The notes beneath the pieces were generated by a model. The model did no database searches and had not been told where the DNA came from. It was given only the letters and a program-made list of their open reading frames with translations. A program made the position numbers and the translations under genes. Positions 38,749 to 48,510 of a DNA stretch of 64,000 nucleotides are shown one piece after another. Source of the DNA: Ostreococcus lucimarinus (Eukaryota); NCBI GenBank assembly GCA_000092065.1, contig CP000582.1; one strand, given 5' to 3'. The stretch's first letter is position 1. Every line of letters begins with the position of its first letter.

Positions 38749-39111
38749 CTAAGCGTTAACGTCGGTGAACTCGCTCGCGACCGTCTCGTATTCGTCGTAA
38801 TCATTCTCGGCGTACTCGGCGGCTCTCGCGTTGATCTCGTCCACCCAGCGGAATTGGTGCGGGACCAACGCCAGGTCGACGATGGCTTCACCCAGATTGT
38901 ACAACGCGTCGCGAAAGGGAACCATGGAGTATCGCACTGGTGCGAGAAACTGTTTCAACGAGCGCTTGTGCGCTTGAATCTCGTCGGCGTCCGCCGTGGA
39001 TGTCGCTTCGACCCTTCGACTCGATACAGACGCCAACACGCACAACGAGACACAAGCGATACGAGCAGTACTGCGTCGCGCGTGACGACGCTTACCTGCG
39101 TCAGATCGCAT
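38749..39111 (-). CDS. Small predicted secreted protein (120 aa), unknown function
   Basis: ATG at 39111. The N-terminal signal-peptide-like segment is MRSDAGKRRHARRSTARIACVSLCVLASVSS. The C-terminus is acidic (EYAENDYDEYETVASEFTDVNA). An AT-rich 3' region follows. Confidence 0.45.
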   Translation of the reverse strand: MRSDAGKRRHARRSTARIACVSLCVLASVSSRRVEATSTADADEIQAHKRSLKQFLAPVRYSMVPFRDALYNLGEAIVDLALVPHQFRWVDEINARAAEYAENDYDEYETVASEFTDVNA

Positions 39112-39349
39112 CCGACGATCTCTGGCCCTGAATTGCTGTCCCTCGCGAGGCTGAAAATGCGACGCGCGCCTTGAAACCGCGCGCACGCGAGCTCTCGGAC
39201 CAACAAACTCACGAAAGTCGGTTGATATCCCGAGAACGAAGAACACGCGTCATCTCGCGCCTCGCGGGCGTTCCTGCGCGGTGCGCGACGGCGTGAAACG
39301 AGAGAAAGCGCACACCCTTCACATCTCACGCCGCGCGGTCGTCACGATC

Positions 39350-39880
39350 ATGGTCTCGCGACGCGTCTTCTTCACGCTCGTCTTCTTCGCGCTCGTCGCG
39401 CGTCGCGACGCCGACGCCGCGCGGCCGCTAACTGAAGGCATCGACGCCCGCTCGCTCGCCGAGCTCGAAGATATCGTTCACCCAACGGTTATTTGGTCCG
39501 AGATCGAGCCCTTGTCGCCCGCACCGACTCGGCAGCGCGATCGAGTCGTCGTCTCCGCCGCGAGCGGCGTCGGCGACGTCGTCGTCGCCGCAGCATTCAC
39601 GCCGTTACGCGCTCCTCCACCGCCACCAGCGACGATGTACGCATCATCAACAACGTCATCGTGGTCATCCGATGTCGTGGACGCGGACGTTCGCGCGTCC
39701 ATCGTCCGCGACAGGCTCGCGCGCGCGTTCGACGTCTCGGGCCTCTCCGACGAGCGTCTCGTCGCCGCGCTCACCGGCAACACCGCCCTCACGTCGGTGT
39801 TATTCGACCCATCCGTGGCGGCTTACCTACTTTCCATTTTCAACGGCAACGACGGCGTCGCGACGAGCGTGTTCGGGTGA
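39350..39880 (+). CDS. Small predicted secreted protein (176 aa), unknown function
   Basis: ATG at 39350. The signal-peptide-like segment is MVSRRVFFTLVFFALVARRDADA. GC3 is about 80 %. It is divergent from the previous gene, with a 239-bp spacer. Confidence 0.5.
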   Translation: MVSRRVFFTLVFFALVARRDADAARPLTEGIDARSLAELEDIVHPTVIWSEIEPLSPAPTRQRDRVVVSAASGVGDVVVAAAFTPLRAPPPPPATMYASSTTSSWSSDVVDADVRASIVRDRLARAFDVSGLSDERLVAALTGNTALTSVLFDPSVAAYLLSIFNGNDGVATSVFG

Positions 39881-39968
39881 CGTGCGAACGCCCCGCCGAG
39901 CGTCGCTCGCGGCGAGGGGTAACAACCGGCGTTTTGAAACATCACATCGCGCCTCGTCCCTCGCGACG

Positions 39969-41063
39969 ATGGCGAACGTCCCGAGGCGCGCGCCGCTCGG
40001 GACGTTATCATTCAATCGCGATGACGACCATCACACGGTCGCGTCGACGTCGTTCGCATCGCCGGCGTCGAAATTCGCCGGTCGCTCGACGGCGTCGCTC
40101 GACGACGACGGGGACGCGTACGCCGTCGCGAGCGTGAACACGCCGGAGATGTGCGCCATGGCCGACGGACGCGTCGGGTCCAGTCACGAGATCGCGCTGT
40201 CGCTCGTCGTCGAGCGCGATCGAGCGATCGAGCGCGAACTGGAGATGGCGGCGTTCGCTCGCGCGGAGGCGCGGCGATGCGACGAGACGACCAGGGCGTT
40301 GGTCGCGGACGTCGAGGATTTGACGGTCGCGTTGGGGGAGACGGACGCGCACGTCGCGCGCATGCGGTGGTTGTGGGCCATACGCGCGGTGGTGAGCTTG
40401 GTGCGCTGGGATCGTGAGCGGCGGGAGGCGAGGAAGGCCAAGGCGAAGGCGCGCCGATTGGCGACGCAGTTGGCGCGGATAGAAAAGTACATCGCCACGG
40501 CGGCGTGTGATTTCGACGATTTGAACGCCAAGCTCGTGAAAGAGGCGAATGATGCGAAGATGGCGCGCGCGGAGGCGCGGGAGGCGTGGGAGATGCTCGC
40601 GCGTGAACGCGCGGCGCGCGCGGAGTCTCCGGCTGAGTCTTCGGCGGCGCTCGCGCCGCCGGCGAATCCGTCGACACCTCCGGCGCGGCGCGCGGCGAAC
40701 GCGCGAAGACGTGAGGCGAAAGATGCGTGCGCCTCGGTCGCGGCGCACGTCGAAAGTCTTCTCGCGAACTCACCTTCAAAGCAGCTGAATCAGCTCGCGC
40801 TCGCGCAGCGCGAAGCCGCCGACCGCGCTCGCGCGACGCTCGCCGATCACCCACGCACGAGTGACGGTGCGTTAGACCCCAAAGACGTCGTCGCTCTCAT
40901 CGCCGTTCACGCGCTCGAGCGGTGCGCCGAGCGCTCCTCGAGCGACGGGCGGCGCGCCTTCGCCCGAGCCGCCAAGCGCTTCGAAACCGTCGCTCGCGCG
41001 TGCGTCGCCGGCGACGACGCCGCGCCCCTCACCGCTGCCGCATCGTCATCGCGCGAAACTTAG
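39969..41063 (+). CDS. Hypothetical coiled-coil protein (364 aa)
   Basis: ATG at 39969. It has high GC3 and a central charged helical region (ERREARKAKAKARRLATQLARIEKYIATAACDFDDLNAKLVKEANDAKMARAEAREAWEMLARERAARAE). Overlapping minus-strand Arg/Pro ORFs were rejected. Confidence 0.45.
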   Translation: MANVPRRAPLGTLSFNRDDDHHTVASTSFASPASKFAGRSTASLDDDGDAYAVASVNTPEMCAMADGRVGSSHEIALSLVVERDRAIERELEMAAFARAEARRCDETTRALVADVEDLTVALGETDAHVARMRWLWAIRAVVSLVRWDRERREARKAKAKARRLATQLARIEKYIATAACDFDDLNAKLVKEANDAKMARAEAREAWEMLARERAARAESPAESSAALAPPANPSTPPARRAANARRREAKDACASVAAHVESLLANSPSKQLNQLALAQREAADRARATLADHPRTSDGALDPKDVVALIAVHALERCAERSSSDGRRAFARAAKRFETVARACVAGDDAAPLTAAASSSRET

Positions 41064-41778
41064 CTTGTATAACGTCATCGATTAGCCCGCGCCTCGTCGT
41101 CCCGCGCGGAATCCGCGCGTCGCGCCGCGGGAGCTCGAAACTAGATACCTTTTCGATTCACGACTCGTCCCGAGTCCCACCGGAACAAAAATTCAATTTT
41201 TTTCCCGCGCTTTCTCCCCGCGTCCCATCGGACGCCGGTCGACCGACCGACCGCGAAACGTCGCGTCTCGTATACCGCGACGAAAATCGCCATCAATTTA
41301 AAAATGGAACCGTGTGGGTGCCCACCAGCGTGGCGCGTGTGACGCGCGTGGCGCGCGCGCGTCATTCGTCGACGCACCGCGTCGCAACACACGCGTCACT
41401 CGTCGCGTCGCATCGCATCGCGCGATCGTTCACGCGCGCGCGCGCACGTTCGCGCGCGCGTTCGTCCCGCGTCGACGCGCGGACCGTCGTCGACGTCGTT
41501 CGCCCAATCGCGCGCGCGTTCGCGCGGCATCTTGCGCGTCCATCGAGGCGTCGTTCGCGCGCGGTCGACGCGACGCGACGCGCTGGCGATCGTCGACGAC
41601 GCGCGTAGATTTACGCTTCGTGCGTTCACGCGCGTTCGTGGACTCGAGCGCGCTCTCGCGCGTCGTCGGACGGCGACATCCATCGGTCGACCGTTCGACC
41701 GTCAACGACTCGGTCAGTCGCGGCGCGGTCGGTCGCCACGCACCGAAGGGACACTTCTGAAGTTTGATTGATTGATTG

Positions 41779-43866
41779 ATGATGACGGCGCCGTTCGCCG
41801 CGCTGGGATCGTCGCCGGGCGTGCGCCGCGCGTCGCCGATCGCGACGGCGATGCACGGGGAGAGCGCGAACTCGATCTACGGCCACTCCCCAGGGTCGCT
41901 CGGGTCCGTCATGGGGGCGAACGGCGCGCTCGCGAGTTCGCCCGCGGGACGCGGGTCGCCCGCGGGACGACCGCCGACGATGGGGACGGCGTCGGCGTCG
42001 GCGTCGAGAGCGTCGTTGCGATCGTCACCGATGTCGGTGTCGCCTGGGATGCCGCCGTCGCCGGCGAGCGTGTCGAGAGCGAATCCACCGCTGACGCGCA
42101 CGACGAGCGGGGAGCCGGCGACGGTGAAGATTGGGTTCCAAGTCGGCGGAGGCGCGGGGAGCGAACGCGCGTCGGCGAAGCCGCCGATCGGGATGCTTCG
42201 CGCCGAACTCGCGGGTGAGTTTACGTGCGATGTCTTCGATAGCGAGGCGTATCGCCGCGCGTTGACGACGGCGCCGGAAATTTTCGCCGAGCCGACGGTG
42301 CGAGAGGCGTTTGATTTCACCGCCAAGTCGCACGCGGGGCCGGGGCTGGGACCGCACTTTGATCGATGCGTGGACACCGCCATCACGCTCGCTAAGCTCG
42401 GTATGGACGCTAAAACCGTGGCCGTGGGACTGTTGCACGACACCTTGGACGTGACGTCGAGCACGAAGGAGGACTTGCGCAAGAGATTTTCAGACGAAGT
42501 CGTCGCGTTGGTCGAGGACGTCACTCGAGTACACCGCGTTTCCAAGCTTCATCGGGCGTCGGGGCGCGTGTTGGATTTCAACGAACGCGCGCAGTTCCGC
42601 GCAATGTTACTTGCGATGACAGACGCGCGCGTGGTGATCGTCAAGCTCGCGGCGCGTCTGATAAAGATGCGCAACTTGGCGAGCGCGCCTCAGTCGCAGC
42701 AACAAGCCTTCGCGGATGAGACGCTCACCATTTACGCCCCTCTCGCCGCGCGCCTGGGGATTTTCAGCGTGAAGAACGAGCTCGAGGATCTAACATTCAA
42801 ATGGATGAATCCGCAAGCGTACGCAGAGCTGTCTCAGACGCTCGATCAGCGCGAGTCAATCGTCGCCGCGCTGAACAAGCTCGACGAAGAACTCTCGTCC
42901 CGCCGTGCGCAAGTCGTCGACTTGTGCGGACGTCAAAAGTCAGTGTATTCAGTGTACAAGAAGATGCTATCCAAGAACCAAAAGCTCGAAGACATCATGG
43001 ATTTGCGCGCCATTCGAATCATCGTCGCCGACGGCGATAACGACGCCGAGTCTGAGCAAACGTGCCGAGAGACGCTTGAAATCGCGCTGTCGACTTTCCA
43101 GTCTGTCGAAGGCAGGTCGAAGGATTACATCGCGAATCCGAAGGCGAACGGGTACCAATCCTTGCACGCGGTCGTTCGAGACGAAAACGAAACCACGTTT
43201 GAGATTCAAATTCGTTCTGCCTCGATGCACAGAACCGCAGAATTTGGCGTCGCCGCTCACTGGCGTTACAAGGAGCACGAGAAATCGGCTACGAGCGCCA
43301 AGGTGGATCAGCAAATTCAGTGGGCGCGCTTCATGTTGACGTGGCAAAACGAACTCGATGACCAGCAAAAGATTCGTCCCGCGCGCGTGGCGCACGCCGT
43401 GGACTGCGGTGCGGCGCTTCGACCTTGCATGTTCCCGACGCACTCCGCCGACTGTGCGTACAGTCGGGAGGAGGGCTTTTGCCAGTCGTGCGAAGTGGAA
43501 GACGACTCTCCGAACTACATCATCACCGTCGTCGACGGCGCTGTGGCGGTTCGCGAGATTGCGCAAAACTCCACCTTGGCTGATCTTAAGCTCGAAGACG
43601 CGCACGTCCCTGGAGGGGCGCGATCGAGTGAGTTTTACCGCGTCTCGAGCGTGCGCGTCAACAAAAAATCCATCGCGACTGCAAACGCATCCTCGACGAC
43701 CTTGAAAATGGGTGACGTCATCGAGGTAAACCGCACGCGTATTCTGTCGCCAAACAAAAGCTGGGACGAGGCGGATGACGTGTCTGTGTTCGAGGATTTG
43801 AACCTCGAAATTCACGCTTTGCCGAAGACGGACGCCGTCGACAGGACCACGGTTCGGATGATCTAA
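41779..43866 (+). CDS. RSH: RelA/SpoT homologue (RSH): HD hydrolase, (p)ppGpp synthetase and TGS-like domains
   Basis: The HD domain has HFDRCVDTAITLAKLGMDAKTVAVGLLHDTLDVT...EDLRKRFSDEVVALVEDVT. The synthetase domain has GRQKSVYSVYKKM...DLRAIRIIV...DYIANPKANGYQSLHAVV...FEIQIRSASMHRTAEFGVAAHWRYKE. The C-terminal TGS-like segment is VNKKSIATANASSTTLKMGDVIEV. The N-terminus is Ser/Ala/Arg-rich and presequence-like. Confidence 0.9.
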   Translation: MMTAPFAALGSSPGVRRASPIATAMHGESANSIYGHSPGSLGSVMGANGALASSPAGRGSPAGRPPTMGTASASASRASLRSSPMSVSPGMPPSPASVSRANPPLTRTTSGEPATVKIGFQVGGGAGSERASAKPPIGMLRAELAGEFTCDVFDSEAYRRALTTAPEIFAEPTVREAFDFTAKSHAGPGLGPHFDRCVDTAITLAKLGMDAKTVAVGLLHDTLDVTSSTKEDLRKRFSDEVVALVEDVTRVHRVSKLHRASGRVLDFNERAQFRAMLLAMTDARVVIVKLAARLIKMRNLASAPQSQQQAFADETLTIYAPLAARLGIFSVKNELEDLTFKWMNPQAYAELSQTLDQRESIVAALNKLDEELSSRRAQVVDLCGRQKSVYSVYKKMLSKNQKLEDIMDLRAIRIIVADGDNDAESEQTCRETLEIALSTFQSVEGRSKDYIANPKANGYQSLHAVVRDENETTFEIQIRSASMHRTAEFGVAAHWRYKEHEKSATSAKVDQQIQWARFMLTWQNELDDQQKIRPARVAHAVDCGAALRPCMFPTHSADCAYSREEGFCQSCEVEDDSPNYIITVVDGAVAVREIAQNSTLADLKLEDAHVPGGARSSEFYRVSSVRVNKKSIATANASSTTLKMGDVIEVNRTRILSPNKSWDEADDVSVFEDLNLEIHALPKTDAVDRTTVRMI

Positions 43867-44018
43867 TTCCCCGCGCCGCTGTTACAACAAATTCTTTCAC
43901 CACTGTTGTACTAATTCAAAAAATGAACGACAATCATCATGTCAGCTGTTGTACTTTAGATCTTCAATGTGAATGAAATGTATAATATCACACTAAGCTT
44001 CGCGCAGCTAATGAATTC

Positions 44019-47000
44019 CTATAGACCCCCCGGAAGCTCGGCGAAATCTAAAACGCCTGACGGCAAACTGGCTACGGCAGCGCACAGCGCCATGCGGTTG
44101 CGCTTCAACTCAGCATCATCCGCCATCACAAATACGTTGTCGAAGAATGCTGTCGCGGCGTTGTCCATTTCGCACACGGCGGAGATCATATCGGTCACCG
44201 AGCACCCGTCGACAATTTTGGCTCGAGCGGCGACGTACGCCGCGTGCAAAGCTCGCTCTTCTTCGCACTCAAAGCTCGCTTCGTTGATACGCAAGTCCGC
44301 GTTGGCGCCCATTTTGCCTCGAACCAAGCGGGTTGGTCGGCTGAGGACGCGCACGCAAGTCTCGAGCGCCTTTCCGTCCACGGCGACGAGCTCAGAGATG
44401 GACGCGCTCGCCAGCGCCGGACTGCCGCCGCGTTCCTTCAAAACGGCACGCACGCACTCGACATCGTTACCAGCGTCGATGAATAATTGCTCCAAACGAC
44501 GCGTGATGAACGTCACGCACTCCTCGATGCGCTCATTTGAAACCTCCACTGGTTGCTTCGCCGCAGCGAGTTCGATCAGCGAGCGCAAATCACACGTCGC
44601 TCCTGAATTCACGATGGTTTGAACCAAGCCGTACGCCGCGCGACGAAGACCAAAGGGATCAGCAGAAGCCTTCGGGCCACCGACCACGGCGAACAATCCA
44701 ATAAGAGTGTCGAGACGATCGGCAACGGCGACAGTGATCCCTGCTGGGGTACTCGGGAGGGCATCGCCCGCGCTTCGCGGCAAGCACGCTTCGAAGATGG
44801 CTTCGCTCACATTCGCGGGCAAGCCTTCTTTCTGCGCGTAATGACGGCCCATCGTCCCAGCCAACGCGGTGAGTTCCATCACCATGGCCGTCGCCAAGTC
44901 TGCACGCGCTAAACCCGCCGCCACCGTGGCTGGAGCGACGACATCAGGTCCGTATCCGAGCGCTGCGGCGACGTCCGCGACCAAGCCTTCGACGCGTTGA
45001 GTCTTTTCCAACATGTTCCCGAGTTCTTGTTGGAACGTGATACCACTGAGCTCGGGCTTGAACTCAGCCAACGGTTTGTTCAGGTCGGTCTCGTAGAAAA
45101 ATTTAGCGTCTTCGTACCTCGCTCGAAGCACGGCCTCGTTGCCGTGCTTCACCACGCCTTTGTCGCAAGAACCGTTGGCAAAGGTGATGAAGTGCGGCTT
45201 GAGCGCTCCGTCCGCGCCTTCGACGGGGAAATATCTCTGGTGTTTGCGCATAACCATCACCAACACTTCCTTTGGGAGCGTCAAAAACGCTTCTTCGAAA
45301 TCTCCCATGACTAAATTGGGCGCTTCGACCAAATTGGCGACTTCCTCGAGCAAGCCCTCGCCGGCGCTATCGGGGATTTCGCCGCCGACGGTTTTCGCTG
45401 CAGCTTTCGCCTCGCTCCAGATGCTCGACATACGATCTTCAAAGCTCAGTACGATCGAATCCTTCGCCAGTAAGGCGTGATATTCCGCTGCATTAGCCGC
45501 AGAGTATGTGTCGGTTACATCGCCTCGAGTGCGCAACAAACGCGTCGTCGTTCCGCTGTGCACGCCGAGAGCCTCAAACGTCAGGTGATGGTCGCCGTGG
45601 ACGCCGAAGAGCCAACGGAGCGGCCGCGAGAACGCAGCTTCCGAGTTCGTGGTCCATCTCATGGCACGCGGGAAGTTGATCGCCGCGATAATCTTCGGCA
45701 AAGCTTCTTCGAGGACAGCAACGGCTGAACGTCCCTCCTTCTTCACCACGGCCCACACGTATTCGCCATCTTTTTCCAATGCGCCGGCGTCCACGCCATT
45801 CTTTTTGCAAAATCCTTGGGCAGCCTTAGACGGAGTCGTACCGTCTTCTTCGAACGCGCGCGATAACGGCGGGCCGCGCACGCGTTCCTCCACGTTCGCT
45901 TGGCCTGCGCTCAGGGCTTTGATGCTCAGCGTGAATCTTCGCGGTGTGGCGCCGACGGAAATGCCCGCGTGCGTCAAACCCTCCGCCTTGAGCAAAGCAT
46001 CGACAGCTTCGTGAAACTGACGAGACGTGCTCGTGACGTCCTGAGGTGGTAATTCTTCAGTGCCGAGCTCGATGACGCAATCCGCCGGTGCGGTGGGGAT
46101 CGCACCGGTGTTCTCGACGAGAGACTTGGCCGGCGGCGCCTCCGACAGGCCGAGTGGATACCCGAGCTCCTCGCGACGCGCAACCCAAAGCTGCGCGGTT
46201 TCGCGCGCCAATTTGCGCATCGACGCGAATAGCTTTTGACGCTCAGTTACTCCGACAGCTCCTCGCGCATCGAGTACGTTGAACGCGTGCGAAGCCTTTA
46301 ACAAGTTGTCGAACGCTGGCAACGGAAGGCGCGCCTCAAGCATGCGAAGCGCCTCCTTATCCGCCAATTCGAACCGCGAGCGGTGCGTCTCCACGCTCGC
46401 CTGATCGAGGTTGAACACGGACATTTCATATTCCTCTTGCATGCGCATCTCGCCGTACGTCATCATATCGTTGTATGCGATATCCTTGAAGTGATCGACA
46501 CCCTGCAGCGCCATCAAAATCCGTTCTAAACCGTACGTAATCTCAACCGCTGTCGGCGCCACTTTCAACGAACCACACTGCTGGAAGTACGTGAATTGCG
46601 TCACCTCCATACCGTCCATCCACACCTCCCACCCGAGCCCCCACGCCCCGAGCACCGGGGACTCCCAGTTATCCTCGACGAAGCGCACGTCGTGCGCCCC
46701 GGTGTCGATACCCAACGCCTCGAGCGAGCCCAAATACAGCTCCTGCACGTTCTCCGGCGCCGGCTTCAAGATGACCTGAAACTGCGTATGCTTTTGCACG
46801 CGGTTCGGATTTTCACCGTATCGCGAATCGTCCGGTCTCACCGAGGGTTCGGGATAACACACGTTCCACGGCTCGGGTCCGAGCGCTCGCAAAAACGTCG
46901 CCGGGTTCATCGTTCCCGCCCCAACCTCCGTGTTATGCGGCAGCACGATCGCGCACCCACGCGAGCTCCAGTACTCTTGCAATCTTAAAATCGCATCTTG

Positions 47001-47390
47001 AAACGTGGGCACGTCTTTACGCGCCGTCGTCGTCGCGCTTTCGCCGCTCGTCGCCGGCGCCGCGCTCGTCCCGCTCGTCGTCGCCGCCGAGCGCCTGACG
47101 ACGCGCCCGCGCGCCCGCGTCGTTGATGTCGTCGACACGGGCGACATGAGCGCCCGCACGCCTCGCGCGGGCATCGCGCGCGCCTTATCGGCGCGCGCGT
47201 GCGCGCTAAAGTTTCCAATTGAAATCGCCGACGCCGAGGCGCGTGCGAACGACGACGACGTCTGACGCGGCCTGATGACGACGGCGTGCGCGCCAGACGA
47301 CGCGCGGCTCGCGCGAGGGGCCCAGAGGGCGCGCGCCGCCGCGCCGGGGCGGATCGTTCGCGCGATGACGCCCGACATGGTGTGCGGCAT
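44019..47390 (-). CDS. Bacterial-type glycyl-tRNA synthetase, alpha-beta subunit fusion (organellar GlyRS)
   Basis: 1123 aa. The GlyQ (alpha) core is ILRLQEYWSSRGCAIVLPHNTEVGAGTMNPATFLRALGPEPWNVCYPEPSVRPDDSRYGENPNRVQKHTQFQVILKP. A GlyS (beta)-like region follows in the same polypeptide. There is a long N-terminal presequence. Confidence 0.9.
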   Translation of the reverse strand: MPHTMSGVIARTIRPGAAARALWAPRASRASSGAHAVVIRPRQTSSSFARASASAISIGNFSAHARADKARAMPARGVRALMSPVSTTSTTRARGRVVRRSAATTSGTSAAPATSGESATTTARKDVPTFQDAILRLQEYWSSRGCAIVLPHNTEVGAGTMNPATFLRALGPEPWNVCYPEPSVRPDDSRYGENPNRVQKHTQFQVILKPAPENVQELYLGSLEALGIDTGAHDVRFVEDNWESPVLGAWGLGWEVWMDGMEVTQFTYFQQCGSLKVAPTAVEITYGLERILMALQGVDHFKDIAYNDMMTYGEMRMQEEYEMSVFNLDQASVETHRSRFELADKEALRMLEARLPLPAFDNLLKASHAFNVLDARGAVGVTERQKLFASMRKLARETAQLWVARREELGYPLGLSEAPPAKSLVENTGAIPTAPADCVIELGTEELPPQDVTSTSRQFHEAVDALLKAEGLTHAGISVGATPRRFTLSIKALSAGQANVEERVRGPPLSRAFEEDGTTPSKAAQGFCKKNGVDAGALEKDGEYVWAVVKKEGRSAVAVLEEALPKIIAAINFPRAMRWTTNSEAAFSRPLRWLFGVHGDHHLTFEALGVHSGTTTRLLRTRGDVTDTYSAANAAEYHALLAKDSIVLSFEDRMSSIWSEAKAAAKTVGGEIPDSAGEGLLEEVANLVEAPNLVMGDFEEAFLTLPKEVLVMVMRKHQRYFPVEGADGALKPHFITFANGSCDKGVVKHGNEAVLRARYEDAKFFYETDLNKPLAEFKPELSGITFQQELGNMLEKTQRVEGLVADVAAALGYGPDVVAPATVAAGLARADLATAMVMELTALAGTMGRHYAQKEGLPANVSEAIFEACLPRSAGDALPSTPAGITVAVADRLDTLIGLFAVVGGPKASADPFGLRRAAYGLVQTIVNSGATCDLRSLIELAAAKQPVEVSNERIEECVTFITRRLEQLFIDAGNDVECVRAVLKERGGSPALASASISELVAVDGKALETCVRVLSRPTRLVRGKMGANADLRINEASFECEEERALHAAYVAARAKIVDGCSVTDMISAVCEMDNAATAFFDNVFVMADDAELKRNRMALCAAVASLPSGVLDFAELPGGL

Positions 47391-47497
47391 GACCTCACCG
47401 CGGAGAAACCCTCAGCGTCGCGGAACGTAAAGAATAAACAATACAACGCTGGTGCGATGCGACTAAGGCGAACGCGATGGTGAACCAAATGAAAGAC

Positions 47498-48454
47498 TTA
47501 AAAAAATTCCTCCGTCCACGGCTGCATGGCGATGCGGTAGACGTCGACCTCGACGGGGCGACCGCGCGCCTTGACGAAGGTCTCGTCGGCGTCTTCGCCG
47601 CCGCCAACGGCGACCAAATATTCATACACGGTTTGCGAAGCGACGATTTGGGGACCTGATTTCGCTTCCTCGGGCGTGCGCCACTTGTACTTTGTGACGA
47701 TGCGCGTCGATTTCACGCGCGGTTCGGCGCCGACGCGACCACGGTCGACGACGATTTGCGCGAGCTCGGACGTCGTCATCGTTCTCGCGTCGTCGTCTCT
47801 GTCGCTCGACCGCGCAGTGACTTTATAAAACACGCTCGCACCGTCCCCGGTGACGAGTTTCAACACATTCGGGTCGTCGACGTTCCATTCGATCTCACCA
47901 TCGAGCGCGCGCTTCCCTCCGGATCCTCGAGACGCCTCCGCCAACGCTCTGACGTTGAACGCGCGATCGAACACCGTCTCCCCGCGTCCATTCTCCATGA
48001 ATCGCACCGGGTACACGAATGGTTCGCGCGCCGTGGCGTCCACTTCTCCTTTCAATCTTTCAAACGCGTCGACGTCGCGAATGAACTCCATGCCGAGCGG
48101 CGCGTCCACGCTCGCCGTGCGACTCGTCGTCAACCAGTTGCCCTCAAACGCGCGAGGGAAAACCAAATCGCTCGGTGCGCCCGTGATCGCGCCCCACGCG
48201 TCCGAAAGTCCACCGTTGGGCGCAGCGAACGACGACTGAGCGATGCACGCGCTCGATGCCGTCGACACCGCGCACGCGAGCGCGCTGCGGCGTCGTAAAA
48301 CGAATTCGTTCGCGTCATCGGTGTCGTCGACGTCGACGTCGCGCACGGCGTGCGGCGCGCGCGAGAGAGGTCGACGACGACGACGAGCGCGTCGTGCGTC
48401 GCGCTCGAGCCGGAAATCGAGCGCGCGCGGCGTCGGAGCAGATCTCGACGCCAT
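47498..48454 (-). CDS. Hypothetical protein with organelle-presequence-like N-terminus
   Basis: GC3 is very high. The ORF is open to an ATG at 48514 (MNATR...) that overlaps the stop of the upstream WW-domain gene. The internal ATG at 48454 (MASRSAPTPRALDF...) is preferred. No family could be recognised by eye. Confidence 0.45.
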   Translation of the reverse strand: MASRSAPTPRALDFRLERDARRARRRRRPLSRAPHAVRDVDVDDTDDANEFVLRRRSALACAVSTASSACIAQSSFAAPNGGLSDAWGAITGAPSDLVFPRAFEGNWLTTSRTASVDAPLGMEFIRDVDAFERLKGEVDATAREPFVYPVRFMENGRGETVFDRAFNVRALAEASRGSGGKRALDGEIEWNVDDPNVLKLVTGDGASVFYKVTARSSDRDDDARTMTTSELAQIVVDRGRVGAEPRVKSTRIVTKYKWRTPEEAKSGPQIVASQTVYEYLVAVGGGEDADETFVKARGRPVEVDVYRIAMQPWTEEFF

Positions 48455-48510
48455 CGTCGCCCGTCGTCGCGCGAGCGCGGATGTGCGGCGAGTCGACACG
48501 CGCGTCGCGT

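Noticed and set aside
39085-39111. CAG|GTAAGC on the minus strand inside the small secreted-protein gene, as a possible 5' splice site.
   Set aside because: The ORF reads straight through as a plausible signal peptide. No ACTGACGA branch motif or suitable acceptor follows. It is most likely a coincidental consensus match.
40012-40854. Long minus-strand ORFs rich in Arg/Ala/Pro. The same type occurs at 51186-52475 (-), 36609-38021 (+), 8770-9435 (-), 17928-18738 (-), 54991-55515 (-) and 56462-56950 (-).
   Set aside because: They are typical stop-codon-poor alternative frames of GC-rich (GCG/CGC) coding or spacer DNA. They have low-complexity composition and no motifs, and they overlap better-supported genes or introns on the other strand or frame.
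41763-41781. (GATT)4 microsatellite immediately upstream of the RSH start codon.
   Set aside because: It is a short simple-sequence tract, noted but of no demonstrable function. It also creates the TTG/ATG ambiguity in the ORF track.
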